Source: Candidatus Eiseniibacteriota bacterium (lineage in GTDB: Bacteria > Eisenbacteria > RBG-16-71-46 > JABDJR01 > JAWXBZ01). Taken from it: a stretch of 55,354 nt of DNA. Position numbers and translations under genes: made by a program. This document shows positions 1 through 9,435 of this stretch, piece after piece; position 1 is the first letter of the stretch; each line of letters begins with the position of its first letter. The DNA lies in assembly GCA_034440375.1 (NCBI GenBank), contig JAWXBZ010000045.1:1-55354 (forward strand), read 5' to 3'. The notes under the pieces are model-generated. The model was not told the DNA's origin, did not search any database, and worked only from the letters and a program-made list of their open reading frames with translations.

Positions 1-548
1 AGGCCACCGGTGGCCTCGTGCCAGATCAAACCGAAGTCGGCCACCTTGTGGAGGTCGCTGGCCGTCCAGGTGAGTTGTCCTTCATGAATGACAAGGCCCG
101 CGTCGACGCGGCCCGCTTCAACCTCTCCCATGATCTGATCGAACGGCACGACAACCGGCACCACATTCGGCGCGAAGAGCTGGAGCAGCAGCCAGGCCGT
201 GGTCTTGACGCCGGGGATGGCCACCCGGAGGCCGGCCAGATCGGCCAGCGCCATCGGATGCCGGGCCAGGATGATCGGGCCATAGCCTCGCCCCATGGAG
301 GCGCCCGTCCTCATCACCTGGTAACGGTGGGCCACCTCGGGATAGGCGTGTGCCGAGAATGCGGTCATTTCGTACTCGCCATTCAGGGCCCGCCGGTTCA
401 GCGACTCGATATCCTCGAGTCGGTGCTCGATGACGCATCCCGGAACGACCACGCGGCCGGTGGACAGGGCATAGAACATGAAGGCGTCATCGGGATCGGG
501 GCTGTGGCCTATCCGGATCAATCGTTGCGTTGCGGCGTCGGCCGTCAT
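1..548 (-). CDS. mqnD: MqnD 1,4-dihydroxy-6-naphthoate synthase (MqnA/MqnD family), partial; its 3' end runs off the window
   Basis: Not in the ORF track. Manual minus-strand translation from ATG 548 gives MTADAATQRLIRIGHSPDPDDAFMFYAL...EDIESLNRRAL...GASMGRGYGP...VAIPGVKTTA...GLVIHEGQLT, which are MqnD motifs. It starts 5 bp after the rpiA stop. Confidence 0.9.
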   Translation of the reverse strand, partial: MTADAATQRLIRIGHSPDPDDAFMFYALSTGRVVVPGCVIEHRLEDIESLNRRALNGEYEMTAFSAHAYPEVAHRYQVMRTGASMGRGYGPIILARHPMALADLAGLRVAIPGVKTTAWLLLQLFAPNVVPVVVPFDQIMGEVEAGRVDAGLVIHEGQLTWTASDLHKVADFGLIWHEATGG

Positions 549-553
549 CGTCG

Positions 554-1249
554 TCAGTCCTTTCTCATCGCGCGCGCGCCGTCCGGATAGCCGACGATGA
601 CGCAGCGGGTCATGCGAACGAAGAGGCCGGATTCGACCACGCCGGGGATCCGGTCAATGTCGAATTCTGTCCGGCCCGGATTTTCGATGCCGCCGGGAAA
701 CCGGCAGTCGAGGATAAAATTTCGATTGTCGGTTTCGAACGGGCGCGCGCCGGTCATCCGGAGTTTCGGTTGTGCCCCCACGGCCGCCAGGTGGCGGGCG
801 GTTTGCTGCCAGCCGAACGGTGTCACTTCGACCGGCAGCGGAAAGTGCTCGCCCAGCCGGGGCACCAGCTTGGCCGGATCGACCATGATGATCAGTTCCT
901 TCGAGGCCGTTGCCACTATTTTTTCGCGGAGCAACGCACCTCCTCCTCCCTTGACCATGTTCAGGTCCGAGTCCACTTCGTCCGCGCCGTCCAGTGTCAG
1001 GTCGATTCCCCAGATGGATTCGAAATCGACCAGCGGGATTCCGACTTCCCGCGCCAGCCTGGCCGTGGCCTCGCTGGTCGGCACCCCCTGGATCGTGAGC
1101 CCCTTGGCCACACGCTCGCCGAGCAGCCGGACGGCCCAGGACGCGGTCGATCCGGTGCCGAGGCCGACGATCATGCCGTCCAGAACCGACTCGATGGCCA
1201 GAGTGGCCGCCTGACGCTTCAGCAGATCCTGCTGCTCCTGAGTGGTCAT
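554..1249 (-). CDS. rpiA: Ribose-5-phosphate isomerase A
   Basis: GLGTGST, DGADEVD, KGGGGALLREK and PGVVESGLF motifs. Start trimmed to MTTQEQQ. Confidence 0.97.
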   Translation of the reverse strand: MTTQEQQDLLKRQAATLAIESVLDGMIVGLGTGSTASWAVRLLGERVAKGLTIQGVPTSEATARLAREVGIPLVDFESIWGIDLTLDGADEVDSDLNMVKGGGGALLREKIVATASKELIIMVDPAKLVPRLGEHFPLPVEVTPFGWQQTARHLAAVGAQPKLRMTGARPFETDNRNFILDCRFPGGIENPGRTEFDIDRIPGVVESGLFVRMTRCVIVGYPDGARAMRKD

Positions 1250-1330
1250 ATTGAAATGGCATCCCCCGCTTACGATGTGGCCGGCCATCGTACTATTCTG
1301 CGAATTCGCTCACAACCGACCGGGGGCCCG

Positions 1331-2413
1331 ATGCCGTTTCCACGATTTGACTACATGGAATTCGCCAAGACCGATCAGGGCGATCACGTTCGCTTCCCCC
1401 TGGCCGGCAGCGGTTTCAACCTGGAGGACCCCGGTATCCTCGACGTCGACCTGTCGGCCGTCCGTTTGACCCGGCAGCCGGACTACGGTCACCCGGCCCT
1501 CCGCGCGGCCATCGCGAAACGCTATGGCGTGTCCGGGAACGAGGCGCTCCCGTTGGCCGGTACCTCGCTCGGCATCTTTCTGGTTGCCGCGGCCCTGCTT
1601 TCGCCCGGCGATCATGTCCTCGTGGAGCAGCCGGCCTACGAGGCCATGATCCGCGTTCCGGAGGCGCTGGGCGCCGTCGTCGATCGATTCGAGCGTCGCT
1701 TCGAGGAGGGGTGGGTGGTCGATCCGGATCGGGTGGTCGCCGCACTTCATCCCAAAACGCGGATGATTGCCATCAGCAACCTGCACAATCCGACCGGCGT
1801 TCGACTGTCACCGGAGGTCGAAGCGGCGCTGGTCGACCTGGCTGCGCGGCGGGGCATTACGCTCTTTCTCGACGAGGTGTACCGCGATTTCCTGGAGGAG
1901 CCGGTTGGCACGGCCTACGCCGCCTCTGGCCCGGTCGTCATCGCCTCCAGCCTCACGAAGGTGTACGGGCTTGGCGGGCTCCGGGCCGGCTGGTTGATCG
2001 GGCCTCCTGACATCCTGGCGCGTGCCGCCCGCGTGGTCGACCTGCTCCACGTCAACGATCCAGCGCCGATGCTCCCCTTCGTGCTGGCCGGTTTCGTCGC
2101 CGCTGAGCGGCTCCGGGAGCGCCATCTGGCCCTCTCCCGTGAGGGTCGTTCCATTCTTGACAACTGGATGCGGCGTCACCCGGAGTTCGGCTGGGTGCCT
2201 CCCGATGGAGGCCTGTGCAGCTTCCCGCGTCTGCCTGGCGGATGCACCGGGACCCACGTTCACGAACGACTCCTCCGCGAGGAGGCCACGCTCGTCGTGC
2301 CGGGGCACTATTTCGAAGATGATCGGCATATCCGCCTGGGGGTGGGAGGAGGCCCTGCGGCTTTGGCGGGAGGGCTTGAGGCGCTGGAACGGGTGGCCGG
2401 GTTGTCGGGCTGA
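1331..2413 (+). CDS. PLP-dependent aminotransferase, class I/II
   Basis: NLHNPTG, DEVY and SSLTKVYGLGGLRAGW (PLP lysine). The real start is MPFPRFDY; the upstream part of ORF 530.. is an rpiA shadow. Confidence 0.9.
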   Translation: MPFPRFDYMEFAKTDQGDHVRFPLAGSGFNLEDPGILDVDLSAVRLTRQPDYGHPALRAAIAKRYGVSGNEALPLAGTSLGIFLVAAALLSPGDHVLVEQPAYEAMIRVPEALGAVVDRFERRFEEGWVVDPDRVVAALHPKTRMIAISNLHNPTGVRLSPEVEAALVDLAARRGITLFLDEVYRDFLEEPVGTAYAASGPVVIASSLTKVYGLGGLRAGWLIGPPDILARAARVVDLLHVNDPAPMLPFVLAGFVAAERLRERHLALSREGRSILDNWMRRHPEFGWVPPDGGLCSFPRLPGGCTGTHVHERLLREEATLVVPGHYFEDDRHIRLGVGGGPAALAGGLEALERVAGLSG

Positions 2414-2494
2414 CCGGAGTTGGTGCCAACCCCCGCCGAGCCGCGCCACGCGTGGCTTTTCGGCTGTCACCGGGTAAAAATTAAATGGCTCTGC

Positions 2495-2523
2495 TTGCAC
2501 CCGCGGGAGAGGGCGTGTAATGT
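2495..2523 (+). promoter_or_regulatory. sigma70-type promoter of groESL
   Basis: TTGCAC-17 bp-TAATGT, directly upstream of the CIRCE element. Confidence 0.6.
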
Positions 2524-2529
2524 ACCCCG

Positions 2530-2556
2530 CTGGCACTCCGGGTCCGAGAGTGCCAA
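2530..2556 (+). promoter_or_regulatory. CIRCE element (HrcA operator)
   Basis: CTGGCACTC-N9-GAGTGCCAA versus consensus TTAGCACTC-N9-GAGTGCTAA, upstream of groES. Confidence 0.9.
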
Positions 2557-2625
2557 TGAGGACTTTGCATGCGTCGTGGTTTCTAAGTTGTTGAATTACA
2601 ACTGTTTAATAAACGGAGGTTCATC

Positions 2626-2910
2626 ATGAAGTTCACACCGCTGGGGGATCGGGTCCTGATCCGTGCCCTTGAGGATTCCGAACAGAAAGTCGGCGGCATC
2701 ATAATCCCGGACACGGCAAAGGAGAAGCCGCAGCAGGGAGAGGTCGTGGCCGCCGGTCCCGGCAAGCGCAAGAAGACGGGCGAGCGGGTTCCGCTGGAGG
2801 TCAAGACCGGGGATCGCATCCTGTACGGCAAATACTCCGGTACCGAAGTCAACATGGACGGCCAGACCTACCTGATCCTTCACGAAGACGAAATTCTCGC
2901 CCGGCTTTAG
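2626..2910 (+). CDS. groES: Co-chaperonin GroES
   Basis: [22 protein letters not shown] and KYSGTEV motifs; GGAGG RBS. Confidence 0.98.
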   Translation: MKFTPLGDRVLIRALEDSEQKVGGIIIPDTAKEKPQQGEVVAAGPGKRKKTGERVPLEVKTGDRILYGKYSGTEVNMDGQTYLILHEDEILARL

Positions 2911-2940
2911 CCGCGGGCGATCAAAGGAGAATACGAGTTC

Positions 2941-4560
2941 ATGGCAAAGCTCCTACAGTTCGACAGTGAGGCGCGTGAGGCGCTCCGCCGGGGCGTCGAC
3001 AAACTGGCCAATGTGGTCACGGTCACGCTGGGTCCCCGCGGGCGCACCGTCATCCTCGACAAGAAATTTGGCTCGCCGCTGATCATCAACGACGGCGTGA
3101 CCATCGCCAAGGAAATCGAGCTGGAGGATCCGTACGAGAACCTCGGGGCCCAGCTGGTCAAGGAAGTTTCAGCCAAGACCCAGGACGTGGCCGGCGACGG
3201 CACCACCACCGCCACCTGCCTGGCCCAGGCCATCTGTCATCTGGGCCTGAAGGCCGTCACGTCGGGCGCCAACCCGATGGCGCTGAAGCGCGGCATCGAC
3301 AAGGCCGTCCAGGCCATCGTCGAGGATCTGAAGAAGCAGTCGAAGACGATCAAGACCACCGAAGAGATTGCCCAGGTGGCCTCGATCTCGGCCAATAACG
3401 ATCGGGCGATCGGCGACCTGCTGGCATTGGCCATGGAAAAGGTCGGCAAGGACGGCGTCATCACGGTGGAGGAGGCCAAGACCCTTCACACCACGCTCGA
3501 CCATGTCGAGGGAATGCAGTTCGACCGCGGTTATCAGTCCCCCTATTTCATCAACGACGCGGACCGGATGCAGGTCGTCCTCGAGGACGCCCAGATCCTG
3601 ATCCACGACAAGAAGATCGGCTCGATCAAGGACCTTGTGCCGGTCCTCGAAAAGACGCTGCAGGCCGGCAAGCCCCTGCTGATCATCTCCGAGGAAGTCG
3701 AGGGGGAGGCGCTGGCCACGCTGGTGGTCAACCGCCTGCGCGGTTCACTGCAGGTTTGCGCCGTCAAGGCGCCGGGCTTCGGTGACCGTCGCAAGGCCAT
3801 GCTCGAAGATATTGCCATTCTGACCGGCGGCAAGCTGATCAGTGAGGAAATCGGCATGAGCCTCGAGACCGCCACCCTGGGCGACCTGGGCCGTGCCAAG
3901 CGCATCGTCATCGACAAGGACAACACCACCATCGTCGAGGGCGGCGGCAAGTCGGCCGACATCAAGGGACGCGTCGCGAATCTGAAAAAGCAGATCGAGG
4001 AATCGACGTCCGATTATGACAAGGAAAAACTCCAGGAGCGCGTCGCGCGCCTCTCCGGCGGCGTGGCGGTCATCAAGGTCGGCGCGGCCACCGAAGTGGA
4101 GATGAAGGAAAAGAAGTCCCGCGTCGAGGACGCCCTGTCGGCCACCCGCGCGGCGGTCGAGGAAGGGGTTGTTCCGGGAGGCGGCGTGGCGCTGCTTCGC
4201 GCCGGCCGCACCATTGCGGCGTTGGGGCTTATCGGTGACGAGAAACACGGCGCCGCCATCATCGAAAAAGCCATCGAGGAGCCGCTCAAGAAAATCGTGA
4301 GCAATGCCGGCGGCGAGGGTTCGGTGGTCGTCGATCATGTCAAGCGTCAGAAGGGATCCATGGGTTACAACGCCGCCACCCTCGAGTACGCCGACATGAT
4401 GAAGGACGGCATCATGGACCCGACCAAGGTCGTCCGTTCCGCCCTCCAGAACGCCGCCTCGATCTCCGGCCTCATCCTGACAACCGAAGCACTGGTCGTC
4501 GAGAAGAAGGAAAAGAAAAAGCCGGGCGGCGGTGGTGGTCCGATGGGGCATAACCACTAG
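2941..4560 (+). CDS. groEL: Chaperonin GroEL
   Basis: [25 protein letters not shown] and [12 protein letters not shown] motifs. Confidence 0.99.
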   Translation: MAKLLQFDSEAREALRRGVDKLANVVTVTLGPRGRTVILDKKFGSPLIINDGVTIAKEIELEDPYENLGAQLVKEVSAKTQDVAGDGTTTATCLAQAICHLGLKAVTSGANPMALKRGIDKAVQAIVEDLKKQSKTIKTTEEIAQVASISANNDRAIGDLLALAMEKVGKDGVITVEEAKTLHTTLDHVEGMQFDRGYQSPYFINDADRMQVVLEDAQILIHDKKIGSIKDLVPVLEKTLQAGKPLLIISEEVEGEALATLVVNRLRGSLQVCAVKAPGFGDRRKAMLEDIAILTGGKLISEEIGMSLETATLGDLGRAKRIVIDKDNTTIVEGGGKSADIKGRVANLKKQIEESTSDYDKEKLQERVARLSGGVAVIKVGAATEVEMKEKKSRVEDALSATRAAVEEGVVPGGGVALLRAGRTIAALGLIGDEKHGAAIIEKAIEEPLKKIVSNAGGEGSVVVDHVKRQKGSMGYNAATLEYADMMKDGIMDPTKVVRSALQNAASISGLILTTEALVVEKKEKKKPGGGGGPMGHNH

Positions 4561-4637
4561 ATTCGAGATCGCCGGCTCAGCCGGTCTGCAGGAACCTGGC
4601 AGTGAATATCGGCTCTGCCATCACACCGATGTCTAGA

Positions 4638-4674
4638 AGCAGGGCCGGGAGGTCAACTCCCGGCCCTGCTTTTT
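4638..4674 (+). terminator. Intrinsic terminator of groESL
   Basis: AGCAGGGCCGGGAG-GTCAA-CTCCCGGCCCTGCT 14-bp stem followed by TTTT. Confidence 0.85.
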
Positions 4675-4726
4675 CATTTGTGTTCAACGGCCCCCGCCGT
4701 GGGATAGTGGTCTTGCCGGACGTAGA

Positions 4727-5554
4727 CTAGGGTGTCATCAATCCCTTGATCCGCGACCAGGACGTCGGTTCGACGGCGATGATCCGATCGTGAGATGCCA
4801 GGCTCATGACGCGGCCCTGGGCGTCCAGGTTGACGGGGGCCAGGCCGCCGAGGCCGGTGAAATAGGTGTGGGAGGCGTTGCCGTTTACGTCGGCGTTGGT
4901 GAGTCCGATGCTGGCGCCGAACGCGGTCACCGTGAATCCGACTTCACTCTGATTCGCCGCGGGTGCCGTGACGACGATGGGCAGGAAGGCCAGCTGGCCG
5001 CCGCCCGGTGTCAGGCCGGCGCCGCCGTTGCCCTCGGCCATGCAGTAGATGCCGCCCCCCGCATTCAGGAAGGCAAGGATGTCGGCATTTCGGGAATTCA
5101 GGATGTTGAGTTCCGCCTGAGTCAGAATTCCGCCGAAATCCGAGGCCACCACGATGGCGCTGTACACCGTGCCTAAGTTGTTCAGACCGGCGTTCAGCGT
5201 GGCGGCGGTGGCGTGATCAAAATGAACGCCCTCCGTGTAGCCGCTGGCCACAATGCCGTTCTTGCCGACGGTGTGGCCGGCCGGCACCGCAATGCTTGAT
5301 TCGACGAAGAGGAACTTGGTGGCGCCGCCAAGATAGAACGGATTGAAGCCCGGATCCTGGATGAACGAGATGGCCACCTGGTTCAGACGGATAGCGCCGG
5401 CGGCATTGCCTCCGAGAGAGGCGTGAAAATCGGGATCATGCCCCGTCAGGAAAATGGAGCCGGCCAGGGCTGTCGAGCCCGTTACCAGGGTGGCGCCCAG
5501 CAGGATGCCGGCCGTCGCGAGTCCACGAAGTGTGCGTCGTGTCACTGATTTCAT
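4727..5554 (-). CDS. Secreted hypothetical protein with C-terminal VEPTSWSRIK tail
   Basis: GGAGG RBS; signal peptide MKSVTRR...TALA|GSIFLTGHDPDFHA; Gly/Ala-rich mature part; ends IIAVEPTSWSRIKGLMTP. Confidence 0.8.
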   Translation of the reverse strand: MKSVTRRTLRGLATAGILLGATLVTGSTALAGSIFLTGHDPDFHASLGGNAAGAIRLNQVAISFIQDPGFNPFYLGGATKFLFVESSIAVPAGHTVGKNGIVASGYTEGVHFDHATAATLNAGLNNLGTVYSAIVVASDFGGILTQAELNILNSRNADILAFLNAGGGIYCMAEGNGGAGLTPGGGQLAFLPIVVTAPAANQSEVGFTVTAFGASIGLTNADVNGNASHTYFTGLGGLAPVNLDAQGRVMSLASHDRIIAVEPTSWSRIKGLMTP

Positions 5555-5733
5555 GATTAGCCTCCAGTTGTTAAGCCTGATGAATGGCGGGGCACTCAAC
5601 CATACGTCATGTCGGCGGCCCCGCGCCACGCATTTTCATCATGACGTTGCCTGGTAGTTCCCGCCATGATATCTTCATGTGCTACCAAAAGTTATCCGTA
5701 GTCCCTCAAGTAATTTCACCGGCCTGACGGGAT

Positions 5734-8346
5734 GTGCTAAACGTGAAACAGATCCTCATTGATGACATCCTGCCGGCCGTTCAGAAGCCGTCGCGTTATC
5801 TTGGCAACGAACTGAACGCTGTCCACAAGGACCTGGCGCAGGTCAATGTCCGGATTGCCCTGGCCTTCCCGGACCTGTACGACCTTGGTCTCTCAAACAT
5901 CGGCCTCATGATCCTGTATCGCGTGCTGAACGACGTGCCGGATGTCTGGTGCGAGAGGGTCTACGCCCCCGCCGTGGACATGGAGGCCGAGATTCGCGCC
6001 CGGGGACTTCCGCTCTTCACGCTCGAGTCGACGACGCCGCTCCGAGACTTCGATTGCGTCGGTTTCACGCTGCAGTATGAGCTTTGCTACACGAACATCG
6101 TCAACATGCTGGACATGGCCGGCATCCCGTTCTTTTCCTCCCTGCGGAGTGACCGGGACCCGATCATCGTGGCCGGCGGTCCGGTTGCCTTCAATCCGGA
6201 ACCGATCAGTGATTTGATCGACGTGATCATCCTGGGTGATGGCGAAGAGGCCGTGCTGGCGCTGGCCAGGGCGTTGAAGACCGGCCGTGGCCGCCCCCGC
6301 CAGGAGCGACTTGACCTGATCCAGGTTGAGGTGCCGGGTGCCTACATCCCGGCCCGGTTCCCGACGGTCACGCTTCCATCGGGTGACATCGTCCGCGATC
6401 CAGCCGTCGCGCCAATCAAGAAGGCGATGATCCCGGATCTCAACAAGGTGCCGTTTCCGACCGACTACATTGTGCCCTACGTTCAGCAGGTCCACGACCG
6501 GATCAGCCTGGAGGTTCTGCGCGGGTGCACTCAGGGGTGCCGTTTTTGCCAGGCCGGCATGATCTATCGGCCGGTCCGTGAGCGAAGTCTCGAGAACATC
6601 GCCGCCCTGACGGAGGAGGCGATCAGGAAATCGGGCTACGAGGAAATCTCGCTGTCATCCCTGTCGACATGCGATTACAGCCGGGTCAAGGCACTGGTCG
6701 AACAGCAGGTTCGCCTGACCGGGCCGAAGAATGTGTCGGTGGGCCTGCCGTCACTCCGGCTGGACTCGTTCAGCGTTGACCTGGCCGAGATGACCAGTGG
6801 TGTCAAGAAGACCGGCCTGACCTTCGCGCCGGAAGCCGCTTCCGATCGTCTGCGGGCGGTCATCGACAAGTGGATTCCCGACGAGGAACTGATCAACACC
6901 ACGCGCGAGGTTTTCAGTCGCGGCTGGGAGTCGGTCAAGCTGTACTTCATGATCGGCCTTCCGACCGAAACGATGGATGATGTCGAAGCCATTGCCACGC
7001 TGTCGGAGCGGGTATTGAAGGCCGGCCGGCAGGTGAACAAGCGAGCCCGTATCCATACGTCGGTATCCACCTTCGTGCCGAAGCCTCATACGCCGTTCCA
7101 GTGGGAGCGGCAGGTGACCATGGCCGAGGTCAAGGAAAAGCACGATCTGCTGAAAAAGAAACTGTATCCGATCCGGCAGATCAAGGTCAGCCTGCACGAT
7201 TCGCCCACGTCCTGGTTGGAGGGGATACTGACGCGCGGCGATCGCCGGCTTGGGCGAACCATCGTGGAGGCCTGGCGGCGCGGCGCCCGCTTCGACGGCT
7301 GGACGGAGCATTTCAAGCCCGAGGCCTGGTCCGAAGCCTTCCTGGCCACGGGAATCGATCCGGATCGGGTCAATCGTCGTCGCACGCTCGAGGAGCCGCT
7401 CCCGTGGGATCATATCGATTGCCTGGTCACCAAGGACTACCACAAGAAGGAGTGGCTCAAGGCCGTGGCCGCCGGTCTCACGACCGACTGTCGAACGGCC
7501 TGTCACCGCTGCGGGGTCATCGACGAGCACAAGCAGCTCTGCGTCAACCAGATTTACACGGCTCGCGCCGGGAAAAAAGAAGAGGCCGGCTGGACAATGC
7601 CTCCGATGGCGGAGCTGACACCACCCAACCCGGATTCCGTCATGCGCCTTCGATTTCGATTCACCAAGACCGGGGAGATCCGCTTCCTGTCGCATCTCGA
7701 ACTGCAGAGCGCCATGACCCGCGCGTTCCGCCGGGCGGAGATACCGGTCGCCCGGAGCCAGGGATTCAATCCCCACGTCAAACTGAGTTTCGCCACGGCA
7801 CTGCCGGTCGGCCTCATCTCCCATGGCGAGTACGCGGAGATCGATCTCATCAACCCGATGACCGCGGATGAATTTCTGGCGCGGATGGAAAGGGTGTTGC
7901 CCACCGGCCTCGAATTCCTGTGGGCCAGCGAGATCCGGATCGGCAGTCCTTCGATGGGCAAGCTCATCGTGGCCAGCGGCTACGAAGCCGATCTCGAGCG
8001 CGCCCGCATCGAGAACGGATCGGGACCAATCGAATCGATGGTGACGGCTTTCCTGGCCAGCGAGAGCGTGAAGGTCGAGCGTCGCATGAAGGACGGGATG
8101 AGGATCCACGATGTCCGACCGGCCGTTCTCTCACTTCATTTCTACCCCGAGGGGCCAGGCGAGGGACTCCTGCGGTTCGTCCTGCGGGAGGGGAACGAAT
8201 CGGCCCGGGCCAAGGACGTCGTGCGGGGACTGTTGCACCTGGATGAAACAGCCGCCAACCGGCTCCAGGTGCGGAAACTCGACTCCTTCATTCTTGTTGA
8301 CGAGGAGTTCCGCTCGGCCAGCCTGGCTCCCGCCCACAAAGTTTGA
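5734..8346 (+). CDS. TIGR03960-type B12-binding radical SAM protein fused to a TIGR03936-type (DUF2344) radical-SAM-linked domain
   Basis: KPSRYLGNELN, AFPDLYDLGLSN, RGCTQGCRFC (CxxxCxxC) and FVPKPHTPFQW. The C-terminal domain has KTGEIRFLSHLE...SQGFNPH..LSFATALPVG. Start is GTG 5734 or 5743. Confidence 0.88.
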   Translation: MLNVKQILIDDILPAVQKPSRYLGNELNAVHKDLAQVNVRIALAFPDLYDLGLSNIGLMILYRVLNDVPDVWCERVYAPAVDMEAEIRARGLPLFTLESTTPLRDFDCVGFTLQYELCYTNIVNMLDMAGIPFFSSLRSDRDPIIVAGGPVAFNPEPISDLIDVIILGDGEEAVLALARALKTGRGRPRQERLDLIQVEVPGAYIPARFPTVTLPSGDIVRDPAVAPIKKAMIPDLNKVPFPTDYIVPYVQQVHDRISLEVLRGCTQGCRFCQAGMIYRPVRERSLENIAALTEEAIRKSGYEEISLSSLSTCDYSRVKALVEQQVRLTGPKNVSVGLPSLRLDSFSVDLAEMTSGVKKTGLTFAPEAASDRLRAVIDKWIPDEELINTTREVFSRGWESVKLYFMIGLPTETMDDVEAIATLSERVLKAGRQVNKRARIHTSVSTFVPKPHTPFQWERQVTMAEVKEKHDLLKKKLYPIRQIKVSLHDSPTSWLEGILTRGDRRLGRTIVEAWRRGARFDGWTEHFKPEAWSEAFLATGIDPDRVNRRRTLEEPLPWDHIDCLVTKDYHKKEWLKAVAAGLTTDCRTACHRCGVIDEHKQLCVNQIYTARAGKKEEAGWTMPPMAELTPPNPDSVMRLRFRFTKTGEIRFLSHLELQSAMTRAFRRAEIPVARSQGFNPHVKLSFATALPVGLISHGEYAEIDLINPMTADEFLARMERVLPTGLEFLWASEIRIGSPSMGKLIVASGYEADLERARIENGSGPIESMVTAFLASESVKVERRMKDGMRIHDVRPAVLSLHFYPEGPGEGLLRFVLREGNESARAKDVVRGLLHLDETAANRLQVRKLDSFILVDEEFRSASLAPAHKV

Positions 8347-8470
8347 GGGGTCGCAAACCGGGAGGCTCGCGCTACAATCAGGAGGCGCCATTCCGGGGAG
8401 TGATGGCGGGCCGATCCCAGGGCGACCCGGCCGACGGGACGGCATCCAGCCACGGCATCGAGAGGGCCCC

Positions 8471-8998
8471 ATGATACGCCCATCTGAAATCCTTCCGATC
8501 CTCGTTCCTGTCGCCCTTGGCCTCCTTCTGCTTTGCCGCCCAAGTCCGGCGGCCGCCGTTCTCAACTGCACCGCAAATCCGGAACTGCTCTGCGCGGACC
8601 TGCCCCGCCCGGGCATCATCGGCGATTCCGGATCGAATGGCAGCGCGGTTTATTGCGGGGCCTTCGGCGGCTACGTGGGCAAGGAGGATGTCTACACCTT
8701 TTCGCTGGTGTCGCAGACCGAAATCCAACTGCTCCTCACGATGACCGGCGGGCAGGATGCCGATGTCTTCATCGTGGCTGACTGTGATCCGGCCATCTGT
8801 TTTGCGGCGTCGTTCAACACGGGCACCACGCCCGACGCCATCTTCACCTGTCTTGGTCCGGGGGTCTATCGCGTCGTGGTTGATGCCCGGACGACGGTCA
8901 ACGTCCCGTACGAGATCCGCCTGTCCAGCTGCAACAACTGCCTGCCGGTGCCCGCGCTTCCATCGTCCTGGAGTCGGGTCAAGGCGCGGAGGGAGTAG
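8471..8998 (+). CDS. Secreted Cys-rich PPC-like (pre-peptidase C-terminal) domain protein with C-terminal PSSWSRVK tail
   Basis: Signal peptide ...SPAAA|VLNC; EDVYTF...DADVFI...LGPGVYRVVVD fits a PPC-like pattern; ends VPALPSSWSRVKARRE. Confidence 0.75.
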   Translation: MIRPSEILPILVPVALGLLLLCRPSPAAAVLNCTANPELLCADLPRPGIIGDSGSNGSAVYCGAFGGYVGKEDVYTFSLVSQTEIQLLLTMTGGQDADVFIVADCDPAICFAASFNTGTTPDAIFTCLGPGVYRVVVDARTTVNVPYEIRLSSCNNCLPVPALPSSWSRVKARRE

Positions 8999-9006
8999 CC
9001 GTCCGA

Positions 9007-9435
9007 TCACCCCGCGGCGCGCTGCAAAATCTCCTTGATCGTCGTCAGGGCCCTGCCGCTGTTTGCCACATCCCCTCGGGGAGGGAGTTTCGTCAGATCG
9101 AACCAGCGGGCCTCGGTCACGCCGGCGCCGGTCGTCAATGGCGGCGGAGCGGCCAGTTGGACCACGTAATGGAAGGCCAGGCGCCACTGTGCATGGCGCC
9201 CCTTGGACGACTCGACATGCGAGAGGAATGGCCCGGAGGTTTCAACCCCGGTCTGCTCGAAGAGCGATCGAATGGCGGCCTGGTCCGGTGGCTCGAAGTC
9301 GCTGAGTTCATCTACCGGCAGGTACCAGCCGGGCTCCCGGTCCGGGATTGTCTTCGTGTCGAACCGGATCAGCAGAATCCGATCACCGGCCACCAGGCAG
9401 GTATCAGCCAGCAACTGAACCGGACGAGGCGTCAT
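9007..9435 (-). CDS. NUDIX-fold protein with degenerate Nudix box
   Basis: RILLIR...GWYLP...EPPDQAAIRSLFEQTG...EARWF; ATGA overlap with the upstream radical SAM gene. Confidence 0.8.
   Translation of the reverse strand: MTPRPVQLLADTCLVAGDRILLIRFDTKTIPDREPGWYLPVDELSDFEPPDQAAIRSLFEQTGVETSGPFLSHVESSKGRHAQWRLAFHYVVQLAAPPPLTTGAGVTEARWFDLTKLPPRGDVANSGRALTTIKEILQRAAG

Noticed and set aside
18-1330. Plus-strand ORF 18..590 and the 5' half of 530..2413
   Set aside because: Antisense shadows of mqnD and rpiA, typical of high-GC codon bias.
5604-5647. ACGTCATG-N28-CATGACGT inverted repeat in a divergent promoter region
   Set aside because: Single 8-bp arms with a long spacer and no second copy; too weak to call.
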